Below are positions 49,401-56,908 of a DNA stretch of 64,000 nt, one piece after another. The stretch comes from Cenarchaeum sp. (lineage in GTDB: Archaea > Thermoproteota > Nitrososphaeria > Nitrososphaerales > Nitrosopumilaceae): NCBI GenBank assembly GCA_965242695.1, contig CBDESU010000001.1, positions 1,792,001-1,856,000 of the forward strand, in the 5' to 3' direction. Position 1 is the stretch's first letter. Each line of letters opens with the position of its first letter. The notes beneath the pieces were generated by a model that did no database searches, was not told the origin of the DNA, and saw only the letters and a program-made list of their open reading frames with translations. A program made the translations under genes and the position numbers.

Positions 49401-49893
49401 TGCCGGGCAGGACGATCCGGCGGCGGCCGCCCCCGCCGCCAAGAGGAAGGGCAGGCGCCGGCCAAGGCAGAGGGCGGCGGTTCGCGCCGAGGCAGGGGCA
49501 GGATCCGAGGAGTCGGCGGCCGGGCAGGAGGCGTCGACGGGGGCTACAGGGCAAGAGGGTCCGGCGGCCGCCCCCGCCGCCAAGAGGAAGGGCAGGCGCC
49601 GGCCAAGGCAGAGGGCGGCGGTTCGCGCCGAGGCAGGGGCAGGATCCGAGGAGTCGGCGGCCGGGCAGGAGGTGGAAGGCGGCGAGCCGGCGGCCGAGGC
49701 TACTACAGGGCAGGTGGGTCCGGCGGCCGCCCCCGCCGCCAAGAGGAAGGGCAGGCGCCGGCCGAGGCAGAGGGCGGCGGTTCGCGCCGAGGCAGGGCAG
49801 CATCAGGAACAGCGGCAGGCGTCGGAAGGCGGCGAGCCGGCGGAGTCGTCCGGACAGGATGCGCCCGCCGCCGCGGACAGGCCCGACGCTTAG
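46471..49893 (+). CDS. Cys-rich domain fused to a very long Ala/Lys/Glu-rich repetitive helical region
   Basis: Globular part ...EYVNCPIL..CFVCKNFQSRV..VLCEG; repeats AEAAERKAAAR and AKERAAKAAEAKAAKALA; basic KRKGRRRPRQR repeats. Confidence 0.8.
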   Translation: MDGYVPDAGDAEPGSQVRGGDGSRTDGGGGDGSRTDGGGGDGSRTDGGGGDGSRTDGGGGDGSRTDGGGGDGVVAAAVEASMAAVIGPGEEGAEGDAPPPLSESAAAAAAAAAAASMQPAGIDDDGHETLAAPSVPGSPPVPTDGELQYRYEVKVHTSDKRLKIPESVKADLRESEMMDKDGKIKVKGVSPRMLKRMKREYVNCPILGDGVHFIRCFVCKNFQSRVSGMVLCEGVESKAGRWEPDAKPPESERKDRGEGGAAEPPGGEGGDDAKGPAPPGRMEEADRAARAAVERAEAAERKAAARAEAAERKAAARAEAAERKAAARAEAAERKAAARAEAADRAARAAVERAEAAERKAAARAEAAERKAAARAEAAERKAAARAEAADRAASARIAASEKRARDADDKRAASEKRARDADDKRAASEKRARDADDKRAASEKRAKEAVSGADAASREAGAREAAAKESLERAEGLERSAAERAAVAEERLEKAVSAESTAEDVINKAGERAEEAKSIASAAIDRAAESNRMAEEALTRAAESERVAKAAEARAAESDRMAEDRTAAAEKVAKAAVQKAAMDESRAVGRKTAAEKAAKASEARAAKAANAAKAAEAKAAKAAEGAKASAARERAAKAAEAKAAKALAAKERAAKAAEAKAAKALAAKERAAKAAEAKAAKALAAKERAAKAAEAKAAKALAAKERAAKAAEAKAERSTRAAEAKAAKAAEATRAAEAKAAKAAEGAKASAARERAAKAAEAKAAKALAAKERAAKAAEAKAAKALAAKERAAKAAEAKAAKALAAKERAAKAAEAKAERSTRAAEAKAAKAAEATRAAEAKAAKAAEGAKASVANERAAKAAEAKAAKALAAKERAAKAAEAKAAKALAAKERAAKAAEAKAAGVSKATRVKKTAADRAGAAEAEDAAGGGTKPARQAQATGSRRRPRQRAAVRAGAEESAAGQQQAAEGGEPAAAGQDDPAAAAPAAKRKGRRRPRQRAAVRAEAGAGSEESAAGQEASTGATGQEGPAAAPAAKRKGRRRPRQRAAVRAEAGAGSEESAAGQEVEGGEPAAEATTGQVGPAAAPAAKRKGRRRPRQRAAVRAEAGQHQEQRQASEGGEPAESSGQDAPAAADRPDA
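46523..46686 (+). repeat. 30-bp tandem repeat, 5 copies (GDGSRTDGGG)
   Basis: GACGGGTCCCGCACGGACGGCGGCGGAGGC repeated exactly. Confidence 0.92.
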
Positions 49894-50040
49894 CGGCCCG
49901 CGCAACTAGCAGGCACCGCGGCGTTGGCGGACACTGGCCCAATATTCTTCCGAACCGCCCTGCGCGCGGGCGGCCCCGGAGGCGCGGCCGCGCAGGGCGC
50001 GGCAAAGGCTCATTAGGAAAAAACTTCACGGCCCCGGCGA

Positions 50041-51525
50041 ATGGGCCGCAAAAAGGGGGGCGCAGGCGGCAAGGGCAAGGGGGGCGTCGGCATCACGGCC
50101 TCGAAGAAGGGCGACTTTAGCGAGTGGTACACCCAGGTCGTCACAAAGGCCGAGCTTGCAGACTACGCCCCCGTCAAGGGCCTGATCGTGCTGCGCCCCG
50201 ACGGGTACTCGATATGGGAGTCCGTCAAGGCGTCGCTAGACGCAAAGTTTGCCGCCGCCGGCGTGCGCAACGGCTTTCTGCCAGTCCTCATTCCCGAGTC
50301 CCTCCTCGCAAGGGAGAGGGAGCACTTCGAGGGGTTCGACCCCGAGGTGTACTGGGTGACGCACTCGGGCGGCGCCGAGCTGGGGGACCGGCTGGCCCTG
50401 AGGCCGACGTCCGAGACCCTGGCGTACTCGCTCTACTCGAAGTGGATAAAGAGCTGGCGCGACCTGCCGCTGCGCATCAACTTTTGGAACACGGCCCTGC
50501 GCGCCGAGATAAAGGCGACCAAGCCGTTCCTGCGCACGTCCGAGTTCTTGTGGCAGGAGGGCCACACCGTCCACGCCGGGCAGGCCGAGGCCGAGTCCGA
50601 GGTGGCCCGCATGCTGGACATCTACAGGGCGACCGTAGAGGAGGAGCTCGCCATCCCCGTGATGGCCGGCCGCAAGACGGACACCGAAAAGTTCGTCGGC
50701 GCCGTCTACACGGATGCGATCGAGTCGATGATGCCCGACGGCAGGGCCCTGCAGATGGGGACGTCGCACTTTCTCGGGCGGAACTTTTCAAGGCCGTTCG
50801 ACGTAAAGTTCCTCGACTCGGAGAACCGCGAGCAGTTCGCGTGGCAGACGTCGTGGGGCGTCTCGTGGAGGCTCATAGGGGCCATGATCATGGTCCACGG
50901 CGACGACAGGGGGCTCGTGCTGCCGCCGCGGGTCGCCCCCGTGCAGGCCGTCGTCGTCCCCATCTACTACTCGGGCGACGAGGAGAGGGCCGTAATGGCC
51001 GAGGCCGAGAGGATCATGGCGGGGCTCGAGGAGGGGGGCGTAAGGGCCCACCTCGACCGCAGGCCCGAGCTGACGCCCGGCTTCAAGTTCCACGACTGGG
51101 AGATGCGCGGGATACCGATACGCATAGAGGTCGGGCCGAGGGACCTAAGGGAGGGGGCCGTTACGGTGGCGCGGCGGTTTGGCGGCGAAAAGGCCAGGGT
51201 GCCGGCCGGCGAGGCCGCCGCGGCCGTACCCGGAATGCTCGCCGAGATACAGTCGGGCATGCTCGAGGCGGCGCGCGCGGCGCAGCGCGGCATGACGCGG
51301 CGCGCGGGATCGTACGAGGAGCTCGAGGCGGCGATCGGCGGGGGCGGGTTCGTCCTGGCCCCGTGGTGCGGCGGCGCCGAGTGCGAGCAGGCCGTCAAGG
51401 ACAAGACTGGCGCGGACGTGCGCGTCGTGCCGTTTGGCGAGGATGGAAGGGCGTCCGAGGGCGAGGCGTGCGCCGTGTGCGGCAGGCCGGCCGCATCCAG
51501 GCCGGCCTTTGCGCGCGGGTACTAG
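50041..51525 (+). CDS. proS: Proline--tRNA ligase (archaeal/eukaryote type)
   Basis: DFSEWY, LRPTSET, FLRTSEFLWQEGH, QTSWGVSWR, C-terminal FARGY. Confidence 0.97.
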   Translation: MGRKKGGAGGKGKGGVGITASKKGDFSEWYTQVVTKAELADYAPVKGLIVLRPDGYSIWESVKASLDAKFAAAGVRNGFLPVLIPESLLAREREHFEGFDPEVYWVTHSGGAELGDRLALRPTSETLAYSLYSKWIKSWRDLPLRINFWNTALRAEIKATKPFLRTSEFLWQEGHTVHAGQAEAESEVARMLDIYRATVEEELAIPVMAGRKTDTEKFVGAVYTDAIESMMPDGRALQMGTSHFLGRNFSRPFDVKFLDSENREQFAWQTSWGVSWRLIGAMIMVHGDDRGLVLPPRVAPVQAVVVPIYYSGDEERAVMAEAERIMAGLEEGGVRAHLDRRPELTPGFKFHDWEMRGIPIRIEVGPRDLREGAVTVARRFGGEKARVPAGEAAAAVPGMLAEIQSGMLEAARAAQRGMTRRAGSYEELEAAIGGGGFVLAPWCGGAECEQAVKDKTGADVRVVPFGEDGRASEGEACAVCGRPAASRPAFARGY

Positions 51526-51601
51526 ACAAAATGCGGGCAGGCGCACAGGCCCCGGGACGCCGCGGCGACTGTTGATATTGAACTGGCGGCGCCCGGGACG
51601 C

Positions 51602-52612
51602 ATGGGCGGCGAAGGCGACATACTGCGCATCGAGGGGCTGGCGTGCCGCTTTGCCAAGAGGGGCGTGTTCGGATCGAGGGGCGCCGGCGTAAGGGCGGTC
51701 GACGGCGTCTCGCTCCGCCTCGGGAGGGGCGGCGACACGCTCGTACTGGCAGGCGAGTCCGGATCGGGCAAGTCGACGGTGGCAAAGGCCGTCATGGGCG
51801 CGGTCGCGGCGGACGCGGGCAAGGTCTTCTTTGACGGCGAGCGGGTAGAGTACGGCAGGCCCTCTAGCCTGCGCAGGGTCAGGACTGGCTGCCAGATGAT
51901 CCACCAGGATCCGTACGACTCGGTCAACCCGCGCATGAGGGTAGGCCAGATCGTCGCCGAGCCGCTCGAGATACACGGGTGGGGCGGCGGGTCGGCGGAG
52001 GCCAGGGCCGAGAGGGTCGCAGAGGTACTCGGCGAGGTCAGGCTAGAGCCCGCATCCGACATCGCGGCAAGGCATCCGCACATGCTGTCCGGCGGGCAGA
52101 GGCAGCGGGTCGTCCTTGCAAGGGCCCTTGCCCTGAGGCCGTCCGTGATCATAGCGGACGAGCCGGTGTCGATGCTCGACGTGTCCGTCAGGGCCGAGAT
52201 GCTCGGCCTCATGGGCGAGCTTCAGCGCAGGCGCGGCGTGTCGTTCCTGTACATCACGCACGACCTGGCGACGGCGCGCTACTTTGGCAGGAGAATAGCC
52301 GTCATGTACAGGGGCAGGATAGTCGAGGAGGGGCCCATCGGAGACGTCCTGCTGCGGCCGAGGCATCCGTACACGCAGGCGCTCATGGATGCCATCCCCG
52401 AGCCCGACCCTGCCAACCTCGGCCGCGAGAGGGTCGTGAGGATTGTGGAGGGAGGGGACGGGAAGGCGCAGGCAGCGGCGGCAGGCGAGTGCAGGTTCAG
52501 GCCGCGCTGCCCGTACGCGATCGACGCGTGCGCCGACGAGCCGCCCCTCGCCGGCATCGGGGGCGGCAGGGGGGCGGCCTGCCACGTCGACATATGGGAC
52601 GTGGAAGGATGA
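51602..52612 (+). CDS. Oligopeptide/dipeptide ABC transporter ATP-binding subunit (OppF/DppF type)
   Basis: GESGSGKS, LSGGQRQR, IIADEP, ITHDL, HPYTQAL, CRFRPRCP. Confidence 0.93.
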   Translation: MGGEGDILRIEGLACRFAKRGVFGSRGAGVRAVDGVSLRLGRGGDTLVLAGESGSGKSTVAKAVMGAVAADAGKVFFDGERVEYGRPSSLRRVRTGCQMIHQDPYDSVNPRMRVGQIVAEPLEIHGWGGGSAEARAERVAEVLGEVRLEPASDIAARHPHMLSGGQRQRVVLARALALRPSVIIADEPVSMLDVSVRAEMLGLMGELQRRRGVSFLYITHDLATARYFGRRIAVMYRGRIVEEGPIGDVLLRPRHPYTQALMDAIPEPDPANLGRERVVRIVEGGDGKAQAAAAGECRFRPRCPYAIDACADEPPLAGIGGGRGAACHVDIWDVEG

Positions 52613-52960
52613 GGGGCGTTGGGCCGGCAAGGCGGGGCCGCGCGCGCATCGCGTACCGCCGGGCGCCCGCGGCGGCCCGGCGGCGCGATGCCGGCAGCGT
52701 GCGGGGGCGGGCAGTTCCGGCCCGCGGTGCGGGCGCGCTGGCCTTCGCTATGCGCCCCCGCGCCGCAGGCCGCTGGCAGAACGGTCGGCGCGTACGGCGC
52801 CAGAGGCAGTCCGGCAGAACACGCCCGACGCGGCCGGCCGCCGCGCATGCGCGCCGCGGCGCGCCGCCACTCTCTGCCCCTACGCCCCTGTCGAGTGCGC
52901 CCCCGATGCCCGGCGCGGCCGGTTGCAAGCTTTATAGCGGTCCCCCTGCGGGCATCCCCG

Positions 52961-54316
52961 TTGGGCCGCCGCAGAATCGTCAGCATAACGCCGGCGCTGG
53001 CCGGCCAAGACATGGCCGCAATCCTTACCGACTTCTTTTCCGTCGTGCTCCTGCTCGCATTGAACAAAAAGTACGCACGCAGGGCCGTGGCCGTCACCCT
53101 CGTATCCGCCCTTGAGCAGTACTGCAGGATGGTCGTGGCCGAGATGCTGGCGCGCGGAAGGGGGCCGCTGCCGGACTATGTCGAGATGCCGCTTGCCGAC
53201 GCGGGCCGCATCGCATCCCTGCCCAAGGAGGTACTCGCCTCGTTCGCGCACAGCTTTCAGAGCGTGGAGGCGATCAGGAGGATGCCCGCGACTTCGGGCT
53301 GTGGGACGTGGTCAAGAACGATCCGACCCTGCTCGACGACCTTGCCGCGCTGTTCGCCGCCCGCAACGACTTTGTCCACACGTCCGTGCCGGTAAACTTC
53401 GACATGCAGGCTGCGTATGATGCGGTCCTCCGGCTCTTCATCGGGATCGCGCGTCTGGTTCCGGGGCTTGAGGCAGAGATCCGCCTCGTGCAGGGCGACG
53501 TATTCAAGGAGATGCGGATGCACGATCGCTCGCGCGGGGGTACGAAGAGGCCGTCCGGCTCTACGATGCGATCGTGCGCGCCGATCCCCGCAATGCAAAG
53601 GCGCATGCGCAGATGGGGCTGGCGCTTGCGGGCTTGGGCCGCTACGAGGAGGCGGTCGCAAGCTACGACAGGGCCGAGTCCATGGATGCAGGCCGCGCCG
53701 CCGCGCACCTTGGCAGGGGCCAGTCGCTTGCAATGATGGGCCGCTACGAGGAGGCGGTCGCAAGCTACGACAGGGCCATAGTACTCGATGCCGCCCTCGT
53801 CGATGCGTATCTCCTGCGGATGATCGCCCTTGCCGACGCCGGGCGCCGCGAGGAGGCCCTTGCCGCCTGCGAGAGGGTCGCATCCCTCGACGACCCGCCG
53901 CCGCGCGCGCACACATGCTCCGCGGAAAGACGCTTGCAAGGATGGGCCGCCGCGAGGAGGCGCTTGCGGCGTACGACAAGTCCATATCCATGGACGGGTA
54001 CGACGAAGCCGCGCACCTGCATCGGGCAGACCTGCTGGCCGAGGCGGGCCGCCGCGAGGAGGCGCTTGCGGCGTACGACGCGGCGATCGAGCTGGATCCG
54101 CAGTATGCAGAGGCGCATCTGAAGAAGGCCGACCTGCTCTACGACATGGACGAGTACGACGAATCCATATGCTCCTACAACAGGGCGATTCGCCTCGCAC
54201 CTGGCAGCGCCGGCGCGCTTGCCGGCAAGGGCCGCGTCCTTGAGCGCCTTGGCCGCGTCGACGATGCCGCAGAATACTGCGGGGCGGCGCACGGCCTGAA
54301 CCCTGCGCGCTACTAG
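52961..54316 (+). pseudogene. HEPN-TPR paralog split by three frameshifts
   Basis: TLVSALEQY, SFQSVEAI, RNDFVH, then TPRs; frames join at ~53288, ~53538 and ~53895; TTTATA at 52931. Confidence 0.78.
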
Positions 54317-54424
54317 TCCCTAGCGGTTCGCACTGCTACCGAGGCCCGCGCGGCTGCAGATGTGCATTCGTCACGCCAAGCGGAAGTGGCAGCACCGCCT
54401 GTTGTGTCCCCGGGGCGCTCCCTG

Positions 54425-54619
54425 CTAGTAGAGTCTCTCGAGCAGCTCCTTTGTCATGCGCTCATCGCTGTGCCTGCGGGACATCGCGAGGTACTCTTCC
54501 TTGGACATGGCGGTCATGCGCTTGTATAGCGCCCACCCCTCGGGCGAGACCTCGCCCTTGAGACTGTCCGGCACGCCGCCGTCCTCTTCAGCCTTGACAG
54601 CCTCATCTCCCCTGTCCAT
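54425..54619 (-). CDS. Small charged helical protein (64 aa)
   Basis: TTTATA about 25 bp upstream of ATG; convergent with the HEPN-TPR locus. Confidence 0.6.
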   Translation of the reverse strand: MDRGDEAVKAEEDGGVPDSLKGEVSPEGWALYKRMTAMSKEEYLAMSRRHSDERMTKELLERLY

Positions 54620-54928
54620 ACAGGGACGGCACGAGCCGTTCCTATAAAGACAACGGAGGGCGGCAAGTCCGGGCCCGGTACGAGGCTATGCCCGCCCCGC
54701 TACTAATACCGGGCGCCCGCCGCCCCTCTCGCGCCGGCGCACATGCGTGGTGTGGGCCTGCAGGCAGAGCCGCGCCCCCGCCCTCCCTGCCGTCGCGTAT
54801 GCGGATCGATATCCACCAGACTGCGATCTGTCTCCGGCGCACGGGCGCACGGCAGGGGTTTGCGCGCCTGCATCATTTGCCTGGTCGGGCCGCCGCCCGG
54901 GCACCGCCAATATCGGGCGGCGCTCCTA

Positions 54929-55909
54929 CTACGGGGGCGGCGGCTCTGGTGCCGGTTCGGGCTCGGGCGCCGCAGCTGCGGGCGGGCCGGATGCCGCATC
55001 CGCATCTCCGCCGGCCTCGACGTCCAATTCATCATCGTCGCCGCCCAGTTCGATCTCGACCGACGAGGTCAGTACGGCGACGACCAGCAGTATTCCGACT
55101 AGCGCGGCCACTCCGGCCAGGACGGCCCGCCGGCTGCCGCCTCCGCCCTCGGCGCGCATGCCGCCTCCGGGCGGCGCCCGGCGCGAGCCGCGTCCCCCTC
55201 CCGGCGCGGCCGTGGCCGCGGCGCGCCTCTTCTCGATGTCGGGCGGCACCGAAGAGGCCGCATACTCTGCAGAGTCGGCCGAGGCGCGCGCGTTTCCCAC
55301 GTCGAACAAGAGCACGCCGCACCTCATGCAAAAGTTGGCCTTGAGCAGGTTCTTCTTGCCGCACTTCCAGCAGTGTATGACGGCCGGGCCGGCCGAGCCC
55401 CAGTCCATGCCGGCCCCAAAGTCCTCGGCATCGCTGGCGGCCGACTCGGGCGAGCCCGGCGGGGCCGGGGCGGTGGGAGGCGCCGGGTCGGGGGCCGCCG
55501 TCGGGTCTGGGACGGCATCGCTGGCGGCGGCGGCGGCGGCGGGCCCGGCGGGACGTAGATCGGCGCGGGGGGAAGGCGGGGGCGCATCAGGGGCGGGCGG
55601 GGCCTCGGCCGGCCGGCCCGCCGCGCCGCCGGGAGCCGCATCGGCGGCGGCCATCACGTCGCGGTCGTCGTCGACGGGCTCGCCCCGGCGCAGGTCGTCG
55701 ATGTACTTTTCCCTCATCCGCTCCAGGTACCTCCTGTCGCTCTCCCAGATGTTGCGGTTCTCTACGTACGCGAGCTTTATGTGCTCTAGGCGGTACTGGT
55801 CCCCGACGCCCAGGCGGAGCAGCGCGTTGATCTCGTCGATTATGTCGGGCGCGGCCCCTGCCCGGCCGCGCTCTCCGCCCGCCACGCCGGCCCGCCCAGG
55901 CCGGCCCAA
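54929..55909 (-). CDS. Zinc-ribbon membrane protein
   Basis: N-domain GVGDQYRLEHIK, CWKC..NFCMRCG ribbon, single TM helix, acidic tail; start uncertain. Confidence 0.75.
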   Translation of the reverse strand: MGRPGRAGVAGGERGRAGAAPDIIDEINALLRLGVGDQYRLEHIKLAYVENRNIWESDRRYLERMREKYIDDLRRGEPVDDDRDVMAAADAAPGGAAGRPAEAPPAPDAPPPSPRADLRPAGPAAAAAASDAVPDPTAAPDPAPPTAPAPPGSPESAASDAEDFGAGMDWGSAGPAVIHCWKCGKKNLLKANFCMRCGVLLFDVGNARASADSAEYAASSVPPDIEKRRAAATAAPGGGRGSRRAPPGGGMRAEGGGGSRRAVLAGVAALVGILLVVAVLTSSVEIELGGDDDELDVEAGGDADAASGPPAAAAPEPEPAPEPPPP

Positions 55910-56161
55910 ATATCAGTTTCGCCGCGCCATGCCGGCCCGAGACCGGGGGCAGCGCGGGCCAAGCGCCGTCCCTGCAGGCTCGATGAGGAGGGGGCGCGGC
56001 GCGGCGCGGCAGGCCCCAAGAGGACGGGGCAATGTGCGAATCCATCCTAGGCAGCACGGCGCATGCGGGAGGCGCGAGGCCGGGCATGCGCCGCCGGACG
56101 GACCCGGGAAGAGGCGGCCGCGCGCGCCATGCCTATAAGCGGACGGCGCGGCGGCGCGCCG

Positions 56162-56878
56162 TTGATCCACATTGCGATCCACTTCACCACTGGCCAGTAC
56201 AGCGCAAGGCCGTGGGGCGTGAAAGAGGGATACGATCGCCACGAATGGCCCCCGTCGCCGTACAGGATTGTGCGGGCTACCGCAGCCGCATGGAAGTACA
56301 ACCTGCCGGACATCGCAGAGGACCGCTTCTACGCGGTCGTCCGGCGCCTGGCATCCGAGCTCCCGGTGTTCGGCCTGCCGAGGGCAGGGCGCATGGCAGG
56401 CGGCGGCGAAGGCGGGAGCGGGCGGCCCGCGCCGTGGCGGATCGACCCCGGCCAGGCCGTCCACATAGTCTGGCCGAGCGCCGCCCTTGCCGGCGGCGAG
56501 CGGCGCACGCTGTCGGACATCCTCGCCCATGTGCACTACCTGGGGCGGACCGAGTCGTGGTGCGAGATGCGGCTTGGCGGCGGCGGCCTCAACGGCGGAG
56601 TGCAGGACCATGGGATTGACAGCGGCGGTTGCGATCAGGCGGCGTCGCCGCCGTGCCGCATCAACTGCCGCCCGTACGATCACGAAAAAAGCCCGGGCCG
56701 CCGCGTCGTGCCCGCGCGCGTGATCGTCCCGAGGCCCGACATAACCATGGAGGACGTGTACAGGAAGGAGTTCCCGTCCGACAAGGAGGCCGCAACGGCG
56801 TGCCCCGACGGCGGAACGGCCGTGCCGTACCTGATCGACCGCGAGGCGGCCGGGCCGCGCCCTGCCGGCGAAGGGTAG
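56162..56878 (+). CDS. csb2: Orphan truncated type I-G (I-U) Csb2-like protein, Cas5-like RAMP domain only
   Basis: IAIHFTTGQYSARPWG...HEWPPSPYRIVRA...VWP...YLGRTESWC are Csb2 N-terminal signatures; CTATAAG about 25 bp upstream of TTG. Confidence 0.78.
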   Translation: MIHIAIHFTTGQYSARPWGVKEGYDRHEWPPSPYRIVRATAAAWKYNLPDIAEDRFYAVVRRLASELPVFGLPRAGRMAGGGEGGSGRPAPWRIDPGQAVHIVWPSAALAGGERRTLSDILAHVHYLGRTESWCEMRLGGGGLNGGVQDHGIDSGGCDQAASPPCRINCRPYDHEKSPGRRVVPARVIVPRPDITMEDVYRKEFPSDKEAATACPDGGTAVPYLIDREAAGPRPAGEG

Positions 56879-56908
56879 CGGCGCCGGCTCCAGCGGCCCG
56901 GGGGCGCG

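Noticed and set aside
44842-49905. 1687-aa minus-strand ORF, and the 868-aa ORF at 47136..49742
   Set aside because: Antisense shadow of the repetitive plus-strand gene running into cofE; only 44842..45642 is credible
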